A stretch of DNA of 64,000 nucleotides from the NCBI RefSeq assembly GCF_963921235.1, contig NC_086097.1, positions 66,776,001 to 66,840,000 on the forward strand, written 5' to 3'. The DNA is from Mobula hypostoma. Lineage: Eukaryota. Shown in pieces: positions 36,216 to 47,778 of the stretch. Position 1 is the first letter of the stretch. The number at the start of each line of letters is the position of its first letter. The position numbers and the translations under genes are program-made. The notes below the pieces were generated by a model. It was given only the letters and a program-made list of their open reading frames with translations, ran no database searches and was not told where the DNA came from.

Positions 36216-39200
36216 AATAACTAGAGGTCAGGCAGCACCTGCAGCAAGAGAATTGGGTGATCTTGCTGTACATTGTATAGGGAATGGTTACAGTAGATTG
36301 ATCTTAGAGTAGATTAAAAACATAGTGGGACAAAAGACCTGTACTGAGCTGTAGGGTTCCATGTCCTTTATTCAAGTTGGCCTTCAGCTTCAAGCCAAAT
36401 TAAATGCTGATTGCCCTATTATTCATTCCATCACAATGCTGCAATGTCTGTCTCGGCAGTTTTGGTCTGAAGAACTGCGAAAATTCAAAATTTGGTGCAG
36501 AAAGAATAAAATGCTTAAATACCAGCAGAATAAACTGAAAGAAGCAGAAACTATTCAGAACAATCTCCAGTTCTGAAACAATTTTCTTGTATTGCTAAAT
36601 AGGAGAGGAAATAGTTTCCCTACAGCTACTTCCTGCCACCCTGTGGCAATTTCCTCAAAAAACAGTCTTACTCTCTTTTTACCATTTGTACTTATTGTTA
36701 CAGTCCTGTAGTATTTTGTGCAGAAGTAAAAACCTTCGGCTTTCTATAATACAGAAAATTATGCAATTGGCAGAAATACTTGATACACGAAACAATGTAA
36801 AATCCACAAAGACACAATCTTCAAATTTGATAGCTACAAATGTAATCTTTCATTTTTTTATTCTCCATATCAGCATCTGTTGAACTTATTAGCAACTTGT
36901 GTATTGATAGTAGACATTGCCTCAAGAAAGCAACATCTATAGAAGATCTCCACCATTTAAGCCAGGGGTGGCAAACCTATGACACACCCATGCAGGGCTG
37001 CCCCTCAGTTATTTAACTCTTACCCATAATAAAAAAGAATATGTGATGATTATCTTTACTGCCAATGAAACAACCATTTTTTTTTTTACATACTGAGTAC
37101 GTGAGATGTTTCAAGGGAAATACCTTAAGCTGGCTTGGCACCAGCTAGACATTTGCGAGAACACATGATGCTATGTTTTAAACCTGGTTTACATATCAGT
37201 ATTTGGATAGTAAACAGTTACAATAACAATTAGAAATCATCTTATTTTCTAGTCTCAGAGGCGTATAGTCTTAGAACACTATAGCACAGAAATAGGCTCC
37301 TCAGCCATCTAGTCCATGCCAAACGCCCCCTCTGCCTGGTTCCATTGACCTGCACCCGGACCATCGCCCTCCAAACCCCTCCCATCCATGAAACTATCCA
37401 AATTTCTCTGAAATGTTGAAACCAAACTCACACCCACCACTTCTGCTGGCAGCTCGTTCCACACTCTCCCCATTCTGAATAAAGAAGTGTTCCCTTTTGT
37501 TCCCCTTAAACCTTTCACCCTTAACCCGTGATGTCTAGTTCTAGTCTCCATCCTCTGTGGAAAAAGCCTGCTTGTATTTACCCTATCCATATCCCTCATA
37601 ATTTTATATATCTCAATGAAATCTCCCCTCATTTTTCTACACTCGCGTGAATAAAGTCCTATTCAATCATTCCCTATACCTCAAGTCCTCAAGTCCGGGC
37701 AACATCTTGTAAATTGTCTCTGCACTCTTTCAATCTGATGACATCTTTCCTGTAGGTAGATGACTGAAACTGCACACATTACTTCAAATTAGGCCTCACC
37801 AACATCTTGTACAGCTTCAACAGAACATCCCAACTCCTGTACTCAGCACTTTGATTTATGAAGGCAAATGTGCCCTTTCTTTATGACGCTATCTACTTGT
37901 GACACCATTTTCAAGGAATTATGGATCTATATTTCCCGATCCCTCTGTTCTACTTCAGTGCCCTACCATTCACCATGTATGTCCTAAGCTGTTTTGTCCT
38001 CCCAAAGTGCAACACCTCACACTTGTCTGTATTAAATTCCATCTGCCAATTTTCAGCCCATTTTTCCAGCTGGTCCATATCCCACTGCAAACTTTAATAG
38101 TCTCCCTCACTGTCCACTACACCTGCTATCTTGGTGATCCGCAAATTTGCTGATCCAGTTTACCACACTATCATCCAGATCATTGATATAGATGACAAAC
38201 AACAATGGACCCAACACTTACCCAGCAGCACTCCACTAGTCACAGGGCTCCAGTCAGAGAGGCAACCATCTACTACCACTCTCTGGCTTCGCCCACAAAG
38301 CCAATGTCTAATCCAGTTTCCTACCTCATCTTGAAGGCCAAGCAACTGAACATTCTTGACCAACCTCCAATGCAGAACTTTGCCAAAGGCCTTGCTAAAA
38401 CCCAAGAAGATAACATCTACTGCCTTGCATTCATCAACTTTCCTGGTAACTTCCTCAGAAAATTCTAAGATTGGTTAGACATGACCTACCAACGCAAAGT
38501 CATGTTGACTAACCCTAAGCAGTTCATGTTTATCCAAATACAGTACATATATAGACATCCCACCCTGCAAAAACTCATTTCAGGGAGGTAGCACCCCCGC
38601 CTCCCTGCAACCCCATATCCTCCCCTCCCCCCGTCGACCTCCAAGGGTGTATGTAATACTTTGTTTAGTGATTTTACCTAATCTGCAAACCAAGTTGGAT
38701 ATATGCAGCAAATGTGACATTAAAATATGTACTTATGTTATCATGTTTGTTCTATTACAGTTTTAAGCAAGTCTACAGTGAGTTTGGCCTCATCACGTAG
38801 GGCATCAATAGCGTAGCTCCTTGGCAGCTAGCCAGCTAGTTTAAATCAGGGGTCCCCAACCTGTTTTGCACCGCGGACCGGTTTAATATTGACAATATTC
38901 TTGCGGACCGGCTGACCCCGGGGGTGGGGTGGGGTGTTAAACGCTACTGGAATATAGGTGATACGTCAAATATAAGTCACTTGTAAGTAGCTAATACACT
39001 CAATTTCGTTTCCAAAGGGGTTTATCTAACAAATTTAATAGTAAACACACAGCGCATATTTTCCTCGCATGAATATAGTGATAAGTCAATTATAACAGTG
39101 GTCCCAAACCTCCGGGCCGCGAAGAATGTAGCGGCAGCCAGAACACACCCAGCACATCATTAAGAAAAAAGCCGAAATAAACAAGCTAATTGATTAGGTG

Positions 39201-39300
39201 CCGCCCAGCACGTAAATGTCCGCACAGATCAGAGGCGACGCAGAGGCAATCACCTCTGATCTGGGCTGACATTTACATGCCGGGCAGCACAAGTGCTACA

Positions 39301-40113
39301 CTTGGCACTTATCCGTGTAAGCGGAACAAGTGCTACACATGCCCTTACACTTCCTCCCTTACCACCATACAGGGCCCCAAACAGTCCTTCCAGGTGAGGC
39401 AACACTTCACCTGTGAGTCGGCTGGGGTGATATACTGCGTCCGGTGCTCTCGATCTGGCCTTTTATATATTGGCGAGACCCGACGCAGACTGGGAGACCG
39501 CTTTGCTGAACACCTACGCTCTGTCCGCCAGAGAAAGCAGGATCTCCCAGTGGCCACACATTTTAATTCCACATCCCATTCCCATTCTGACATGTCTATC
39601 CACGGCCTCCTCTACTGTAAAGATGAAGCCACACTCAGGTTGGAGGAACAACACCTTATATTCCATCTGGGTAGCCTCCAACCTGATGGCATGAACATCG
39701 ACTTCTCTAACTTCCGCTAATGCCCCACCTCCCCCTCGTATTCCATCTGTTACTTATTTTTATGCACACATTCTTTCTCTCACTCTCCTTTTTCTCCCTC
39801 TGTCCCTCTGAATATACCCCTTGCCCATCCTCTGGGTCCTCTCAACCCCCTTGTCTTTCTTCCCGGACCTCCTGTCCCATGATCCTCTCATATCCCTTTT
39901 GCCTATCACCTGTCCAGCTCTTGGCTCCATCCCTCCCCCTCCTGTCTTCTCCTATCATTTTGGATCTCCCCCTCCCCCTCCAACTTTCAAATCCCTTACT
40001 CACTCTTCCTTCAGTTAGTCCTGACGAAGGGTCTCGGCCTGAAACGTCGACTGCACCTCTTCCTAGAGATGCTGCCTGGCCTGCTGCGTTCACCAGCAAC
40101 TTTTATGTGTGTT
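39301..40113 (+). mobile_element. Penelope-like element 3' fragment (GIY-YIG endonuclease and 3' repeat)
   Basis: CKRNKCYTC..FTCESAGVIYCVRCSRSGLLYIGETRRRLGDRFAEH..VATHFN..LEEQHLIFHLGSLQPDGMN*, then a pyrimidine-rich UTR and a hammerhead motif. Confidence 0.92.
40017..40052 (+). ncRNA. Minimal type-I hammerhead ribozyme motif
   Basis: AGTC (stem I) CTGACGA AGG-GTCTCGG-CCT (stem II) GAAA CGT C (predicted cleavage) GACT (stem I'). Matches the minimal hammerheads described for Penelope-like elements. Confidence 0.8.
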
Positions 40114-40344
40114 ACCTAATTAATTAGCTTGTTTATTTCGGCTTTTTTCTTAAAGATGTGCTGGGTGCATTCCGGCCACTGCTGTACTCTTCGCAGCTCG
40201 GAGGTTAGGGACCACTGAATTATAAGTTACTTATAAGTCAATAGCATCATAACATTTTAAGTAACGTTTGGATATTAAACACAGTGCATATTTTCCCCTT
40301 ATGAACATATAAAATCATTGGAACACACCAATATCGCTGAATCA

Positions 40345-40710
40345 GTGGGATCCCTGGGTTTGTTTCCCTGCAACAACACGGTCCTATCGAGGGGTGATGG
40401 GAGACAGCGATACTCGAAGGGGGTTCCTTATGTCCAATCTATTCCACAATTTAGTTTTTGTTGCATTCATTGCAGAAAACTCGGCTTTGCAGAAATATGT
40501 TGGAAATGGAGGCAACGTTTTCAGTGCTTTCGTGGCTATCTCAGGATATTCAGTCTTGACTTTGATCCAGAATGCCAGCAGAGATGTTATGTCAAACATA
40601 CTTTTCAGCCCGCCGTCATTTGCAAGCTCGAGGAGTTGATCTTCTTCCTGCGCTGACATGGATGATTCACCGGGGACATTCACAAATGGGTCACGGACCC
40701 ACTCCTTTGC
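40345..40710 (-). pseudogene. hAT transposase C-terminal dimerisation region
   Basis: EWVRDPF..QLLELANDGGLKSMF..FWIKVKTEYPEIATKALKTL..FSAM..KTKLWNRLDI..LRVSLSPITPR. Confidence 0.88.
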
Positions 40711-41894
40711 ATGTCTTGGGTCACTGATGACCTCGCGAGCATTAAGCTTCAACAGGGCGTGACAGGGAATGAGGAAAGGTGCAGCTGACTCATATAGTTT
40801 CAAATCGCCAAATCATATTGTTTCCTCGCGGCTCGGTGGTTGGGGACCACTCTTAGCATGAAGGGAGACCAATCAGGATGCTCGCTCTCCTTCTCCCTCT
40901 CAAAAAAATCTATTCCCAGGATATTGTATATAAGTTCCGTGTGTCAGGGAGCCACGATCGATATGCGGGAGACTCCTGGAACTTCCGAGAGAGGTGGGAT
41001 GTCCGCGTATATATCTGGTCCCTTCGAATATCTTCCAATAGCTTTTCCACTACTGATGTCAGTCTCACCAGCCTATAATTTCCTGACTTATTTTTAGAGC
41101 CTTTCTTAAACATCAGGACAATATTAGCTCTCCTCCAATCCTCCGGCACTTTGCCTGTGGCTAAGGACATTTTAAATATCTTTTCTAGGGTCCTTGCAAT
41201 TTCTGTACTAGACCCACGGGTCTGAGAGATCACCCTGTCAGGCTGTAGGGATTTATCCATCCTAATTTGCTTCAAAGTAGAAAACACCACCTCCTCTATA
41301 ATCTATATATGGTCCATGACCTCACTGCTTCTTTGCCTCACTTCTATAGACACTGTGTCCAATTCTCAAGTAAACACAGATGCAAAAAAAAAGCCATTTA
41401 AGATTTTCCCCAACTGTTTCAGCTCCATGTATAGATCACCAATTATGCTCCTTGCTATCCTTTTGCTCTTAATACAACTGTAGAAGCTCTTGGGATTTTT
41501 CTTCTTGTCTGCCAGAGCAATTTCATGCCTTCTTTTAGCCCTCCTGATTTCTTTCTTAAGTGTTCTCTTGCATTTCTTGTACTCCTCAATTACGTCATTT
41601 GCTCCTTCCTGCCTATACCTGCTATGCACCTCTTTCTTTTTTCTTAATTAAGGCCTCAGTATCTCTCAAAATGAAGGTTCCCTAAATCTGTTATCCTTGC
41701 CTTTTTTTCTGACAGGAACACACAAACTCTGTACTCTCAAAATGTTTCTTTTGAAGGCCTCCCACTTAGTAAGTATACCTTTGTTCGAGAACAACCTATC
41801 CTAATCCACACTGGCCATATCCTTATGGTACCTTCAAAATTGGCCTTTCTCCAATTTTTAATCTCAACCCCAAAGATCAGACTCCCCAAATTTT

Positions 41895-42604
41895 TCTTCA
41901 AAGAGCGGCTCCCCCTTTGAACCCTGAACTGTTTGAAGTGATGGACAGGCGATACCCCAGCAGGGGGATAAAAAGGGACAGGTTCGCTAAGGCAGGACAC
42001 ACACGACACCCGAGGTAACGAGACCCTGGAAGCGGTGCGCCTCTCACGAGTCGGTGGGAAGTACCGGACCTTAAACACACAGGGTGGAAAGGTACGATCA
42101 GCGGGAACCCGGTGTGTGTCCACCCTCGCTTGGGTGCCGGGTTCACTGCAGAGGATCGACCGCATCTGGAGGAGGGGTCACAGTTGGTGACCTCAGGTGA
42201 TATCACAAAGGACCCGCCCGGAAAGCTGCTTGTGAGCCATATCGCCGGTCTGTGAGTGGAAGCCGTTCTGAATGATCAGTCGTTCCCGTTCTCTCTCTCC
42301 CTCCCCCCACGTTGTCCATCGCCATGGCAACGATTACTGCGCACTGAACTGCTAAATTGGACTGAACTTTGTGTCACTTTGAAATTGGTCATTTATCCCT
42401 AGACAACGATAGAGCTTGATTGATGCTGTTATCTTAATTCTGTGCATATGTGTGTTTATCATTGCTGAACTGTTGCATTTATTATCCTTTCGATTACTGT
42501 GTTGCTTGTTTCTTTAATAAAACTTTCTTAGTTCTAGTAATCCAGACTCCAACTGAGTGATCCATTTCTACTGGTTTGGCAACCCAGTTACGGGGTACGT
42601 AACA
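41895..42604 (+). mobile_element. Partial solo LTR, 5' end lost
   Basis: CpG-retaining non-CR1 block with TATA-like GATAAAAAG (~41967), AATAAA (~42516) and a GGGGTACGTAACA end. Confidence 0.75.
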
Positions 42605-43229
42605 AAGGAAACTTTCATGAACACATTTGACAAACTCTATCTCATCCAGCCATTTTACAGTATGGGAGTCCCAGTCAATATGTGGAATGTTAAAATTAGT
42701 TTCTCTCACAACCTTATGTTTTTTGCATCAGACTACGATTGCTCTCCAAATTCGCTCCTCTAGTTCCCGCGGACTGTTGAGTGGTTGGAAATATAACCCC
42801 ATTAACGTGGTCACTCCTTTTTTATTCCTCTCTTTCAGCCATGTAGCTTCAGTACAGGGGCTCTCCTGTCTGTCCTGTTTGAGCACTGCCCCGACATTTT
42901 CCCTGACTAGTAATGCCACTCCTCCCCCTTTAATGCCTCCTGCTCTATCATATCTAAAACAATCAAACCCTGGAATACTGAGCTGCCAGTCCTGTCCCTC
43001 CTGCAACCAAGTCTCACTAATGGCTACAATGTCATAATTCTATGTGCTGATCCATGCCCTGAGCTCTTCTGCCTTTCCTGCTGTGCTCCTAGCATTGAAA
43101 TATATGCAGCTCAGAACATTAGTCCCATCAATTCCTGACTTTGTATGCAGGCTTAACAACATCTTTCCCCACAACTGCTCCACTAGCGCTCTGGTTCCCA
43201 TCCCCCTGCAACTCCTGTTTAAACTCCAC

Positions 43230-43460
43230 CATGAAACAGCATCCATCATTAAGGACCCCCACCATCCAAGCCATGCACTCTCCTCTCTGTTCTTTCAGGA
43301 AGAAGGTACAGAAGCCTCAGGACTTGCACCACCAGGTTCAGGAACACTCATTACCCCTTAACTATCAGTCTCTTGAACCAGAGGGGATAACTTCACTCTC
43401 CCCATCACTGAAATTTCTCTGTAACTTATGGACTCACTTTCAAGGACTCTTCATCTCATG
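43230..43460 (+). mobile_element. Rex1/Babar 3' fragment
   Basis: ASIIKDPHHPSHAL; resembles 11130-11370. Confidence 0.75.
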
Positions 43461-43461
43461 A

Positions 43462-43877
43462 TAGAGTCATAGAGAAGTACAGCACAGAAACAAGCTCTTC
43501 AGTCCATCTAGTCCATGCTGAAAAAATATTTAAACTGCCTACTCCCAACGACCCGCACCAGGACTACAGCCCTCTATATCCCTTCTATCCATGTACCTAT
43601 CCAAACTACTCTGAAACATTGAAATCGAGCTTGAATGAACCACTTGTGCTGGCAGCTCATTTCACACTCACACAACCCTCTGAGTGAAGAACTTTCCCCT
43701 TATGTTCCCCTTAAACTTTTCGCTGTTCATACTTAACCCCTGACCTCTGGCTGTAGTCGCACCCAACCTCAGTGGAAAAAGCCTGCTTGTGTTCACCCCA
43801 TCTATACCCCTCATAATACTGTATACCTCTATCAAATCTTCTTTCTATCATCTACATTCTAAAGAATATAGTTACAG
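43462..43877 (-). mobile_element. CR1 3' end fragment
   Basis: Similar to the 3' ends at 33485 and 37270. Confidence 0.75.
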
Positions 43878-44450
43878 CTATGTAAGACCTTGGTCAGACC
43901 CCACTTGGAGTGCTGTGTTCAGTTTTGGTTGCCTCACTACAGGAAGGATGTGGATACTATAGAGAGAGTGCAGAGGAGATTTACAGGCATGTTGCCTGGA
44001 TTGGAGGGAGTACCTTGGCCTGAGTGTACTTGGCCTTTTCTCCTTGGAGCGACAGAGGATGAGAGGTGACCTAACAGAGGTGTATAAGAAGATGAGAGGC
44101 ATTGATCGTGTGTATAGCCAGAGGCTGTTTCCAGGGCTGAAATGGCTAACACGAGATGCACCGTTTTAAGGTGCTTGGAAGTAGGATACAGAGGAGATGT
44201 CAAGGGTAAGTTTTTTTTCGCAGAGTGGTGAGTGCGTGGAATGGGCTACCGGCGATGGTAGTGGAGGCGAATATGAGATATGATAGGGTCTTTCAAAAGA
44301 CTCCTGGATTGGTACATGGAGCTTAGAAAAATAGAGGGCCATGTGCTAGGTAAATTCTAGGCAGTTTCTAGAGTAGATTACATGGTCAGCACAACATTGT
44401 GGGCTGAAGGGCCTGTAACGTGCTGTAAATTTCTATGTTCTGTGTTCTAT
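43878..44450 (+). mobile_element. CR1 3' end fragment
   Basis: LVRPHLECCVQFWLPHYRKDVDTIERVQRRF followed by a TTCTATG tail. Confidence 0.85.
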
Positions 44451-44454
44451 ATTG

Positions 44455-44800
44455 AAACCTTCCTGCTAGGACATTAGTCCCCCTCTGGTTCAGGTGCAAC
44501 TATCCCTTCTATACAGGTCCCACATTCCCTGGAAAACAGCCCACTGATCCAAACATCAGAAGCACTCCTGCACTATCTCCTTAGCCACATGTAAACTGCA
44601 TGATCTTCCTTTTTCTGGCCTCACTAGTATGTGGCACAGGTAGCAATCCTGAGATTACAAACCTGGAGGTCCTGCCCTTCAACTTAGTACCTAACTCCCT
44701 GAACTCACTTTGCAGGACCTCGTCACCCTTCCTACCCACGTGATTGGTAGTGATGTGGATCACACCTCTGGTTGCTCACCCTCCCACTTAAGAATGCTGT
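44455..44800 (-). mobile_element. CR1 ORF1 (SGNH-type) fragment
   Basis: IHITTNHVGRKGDEVLQSEFRELGTKLKGRTSRFVISGLLPVP. Confidence 0.75.
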
Positions 44801-44805
44801 GCACT

Positions 44806-46415
44806 CTCTATGTGGACTTTAAAGAGGCGGTTGACAAGGTCCCATATAGTAGGGTGATCCAGAAGGTTAAAGTTTTTTGGATTTAATGCAATCTGGCTAA
44901 ACAGATCCAAAATAAGCTTGGTGATGAAAGGCAGTGAGTTGTGATGGAAAAATGCTTATACTATTAGAAATTTGTGGCCAGTGGTGATCAATGCTGAGAC
45001 CCTTGTTATTTGTGATAATGTATTAATGACTTGGAGGTAAATGTAGGAGATACAGACTCATAAAGTCATTGAGATATATAGCATGAAAACAGGCCCTTCA
45101 GCCCATGAAGACACACTAGCAACCACCCGTTTTACACTAATTCTACATTAACCCTTATTTTTATCCCCGATCTCCCCATCATCTATTCAAATCCTACCAG
45201 ATTCTACAACTCACCCGCACTCTTGTGACAATTTATTGTGGCCAATTTACCTAGTTTTTAGATGACACAGAAGTTGGTGTTGTTGTGGTTAGTGACCAAG
45301 GTTGTTTTAGGCTGCAGAAAGTTGGACAAAGCACTGGTATGTGATATTTAATTCAAGATTCGACATGTCATTTCCTGTACACAAGTGTAAGGAAAATGAA
45401 ATAACCGTTACTCCGGATCTGATGCAGCACAAAGTAACCGCAATAATAATTAATATAAAACAACACACTATATATATATAGTTTAATTGTATGCCCATAA
45501 AGTGTACATAAGGAGACTGGCAGTAGCAGTGGAGTTAGGGGGTGGAGGTGTTGATCGGCCTTACTGCTTGGGGAAAGTAACTGTTTTTGAGTGTGGTGCT
45601 TCTGCTACAGATGTTACATAGCCTCGTCCCTGATGGGAGAGGGACAAACAATCCATGAGCAAGGTGTGTGGGATCCTTCATGATGTTACTGGCCTTTTCC
45701 TGGCATCTGTGTGCATATATAGCCTTGATGGCCGTCAGGCTGGTGCCCCAAGTGTACCACTTCTGGCAATTCCAGCAAGTGTAAAGTGTGCGTTTTGGGA
45801 TAGGACATTTACAGTAAATGGTAGCGCACTAAGAAATGCTGATGAACAGGGATACCTTGGCGTTCAAGTCGAAAGTACCCTTAAGATGGCAACACGGATA
45901 GATAGGATGGTGAAGAAGGCATATGGCATGTTTTCCTTTGTGGCTGGGACATAAAATATAAAAGTTGGGATATTTTGTTAGACCTTACTTGGAGAATTGT
46001 GTGCAGTTCGGGTTGCCACACTCTAGAAAATATGTGTTTGTGCTAGAAAGAGTACAGAGGAGATTCACCAGAATGTTGTTTAGCTAAAAGGTCTTTAGTT
46101 AAGGGGAGAGACTGAAGAGGCTAGGCTTGTTTTCCATGGAGAGAAGCAGGCCCGAGGGGTGATCTGATGCAGCTAAATAGAATTGTAACAGACAGAGACA
46201 ATGCAGATAGTTAGGATCTTTTTCCCATGATACGAGTATCAAAAACACAGGAAGTGGTGGAGTCAGTTATCATTGCAGCATGGAAGAAACATTCAGTAAG
46301 GCACTTGAGTAAACCTGCAACAGAAGGGTGCAGGCAAATGGGATCAATGTAGATGGCCAAAAAGGTAGGCAGGGATGTGGCGTGCCAAAAGGCCTGTTTC
46401 TGTGCTGAACTAATC
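44806..46415 (+). mobile_element. Old CR1 RT remnants with younger inserts, including a minus-strand LINE 3' piece at ~45350-45745
   Basis: YVDFKEAVDKVP, DRMVKKAYGM and LERVQRRFTRML remnants. Confidence 0.7.
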
Positions 46416-47603
46416 TCTGATTATTTGATTGGAATTTAGGTTCATTGAAGAGAGGAAGACTGTGGAAGTTCTGTCTCTTAGTTTTTACTAACATGCAATT
46501 AGATTCACAAAAGTAAATGCAATGAACTACAATTTTTAAAAAACTCTAAATCAAGCCACAAGCACAGTTTACAGAACTGAACCAGTACCGATTAACAAGG
46601 TGCAGGAGTCTGCAGGTGCTGGTACCTGGAACAAAAAATTAGCTGATACAAGGTCTTGACCCAAAACACTGACCACTCCGTTTCCGCAGATACTGCTCAA
46701 CACACTGAGTCTCCAGCAGTTTATATTTTGCTCCAGTACTAATTAACCTCTTGTGAATACTAGACTGCCAGTTGCCAAAAAAAATCTATTTCTTCAGTTG
46801 TAGAGTTGAAAGCATTAAAAGGATTTATAGTCACAGATTTAGATATGGCTGTTGTCTGTCATCTTTCTTTTATTTGAAAAACATGCAACAATTGTTTGAT
46901 GTATGACAGACAGTGGCCTCCTCCTTTGCAAACTGGCATATTTGAACTACTCATGATTCTTGGCAGACAAGATTAATCAGGGAGATTCCCTGGTTTTATT
47001 GCTTTATTTAAGCACTCTGAAAGCTAAAGCCAGCTAAACCTGCATTAAATCCCTTTAAACTCACTGCTAAATTAGATGACAGTACCACATTCCCTTGAGG
47101 ACGTTTAGGAAAAAGTGTATTGATAATCCCAGGGACTTAACCAAGTACAACTATTATATTACTAACAGTATGTGAAGCCAGATCTCAGCAATCCACTTTT
47201 CTTTCAAAACAAATGAATGGCCCAGTCCAGTTATCAACTTCACATTTATTCCAAGTATTTTTAAAGGTAAGTAATAAATTACTGCCAGAGAACTTAATAA
47301 AAATGCATACAATATTGCACTGACCTCCAGCCTGCCTATTCAGCATCTTGTCTGAATTCTACGGGAACTCAACTTTCCTATCTTATCCCCACGTTGCTTG
47401 ATTCGAACCAGCCTCTGTCTTGAATGAACCATTTTTATTGCCACTTAGAAGATAGTTTAACACATCAGCACCTTGCCAGCAATCTTATCTTTCCCATTCC
47501 CCTATACAGTACTTCTGCAACAATTCTGTCTCACGTGCACATCAACTCACTTTTCAATCTTTTTGCAACTTACAGTACCTACAGGATAATTTTTTTTTAC
47601 TGA

Positions 47604-47778
47604 CGTCAATTAACCTCAGAACACATCTTTGGGATGTGGGAGGACACTGGTGCAGAATCCAGCAGAAACCCGCACAAACATAGGGAGAACATGCAAACTC
47701 CGAACAGGAGCATCCAAGGTCAGGACCAAACCCAGATCTCAGGAGTTGTACAACATTAGCATTAACTGCTGTGCCACA
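47604..47778 (-). mobile_element. V-SINE, decayed
   Basis: Minus strand GTGGCACAGCAGTTAATG ... GAGTTTGCATGTTCTCCCT ... CCTCCCACATCCCAAAGATG. Confidence 0.75.

Larger units (their letters stand above)
39096..40217. mobile_element. hAT MITE with ~100-bp inverted arms and 8-bp TSD
   Basis: CAGTGGTCCCAAACC ... GGTTAGGGACCACTG; arms ~39096-39198 and 40115-40217; TSD AATTATAA on both sides. Confidence 0.9.
38847..40851 (-). mobile_element. hAT Charlie3/MER1-like deletion derivative
   Basis: TIRs CAGGGGTCCCCAACC / GGTTGGGGACCACT; contains the transposase C-terminus. Confidence 0.85.
38552..41005. mobile_element. Non-autonomous DNA transposon, hAT-like, with TIR GACATCCCACC
   Basis: TAGACATCCCACC ... 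GGTGGGATGTCCG; the CR1 host rejoins across it; TSD imperfect (TACATATA/CGTATATA). Confidence 0.65.
37270..43225 (-). mobile_element. Decayed CR1 hosting nested DNA transposons and an LTR fragment
   Basis: Collinear CR1 RT and EN ORF pieces at 37309, 38160, 40910, 41366, 42728 and 43040. Confidence 0.88.

Noticed and set aside
36963..37140. hAT-like end CAGGGGTGGCAAACC
   Set aside because: No matching second TIR or TSD found.
39190..39720. 176-aa ORF as a domesticated GIY-YIG gene
   Set aside because: The N-terminus is MITE sequence read through into a truncated Penelope fragment, with a non-ATG start.
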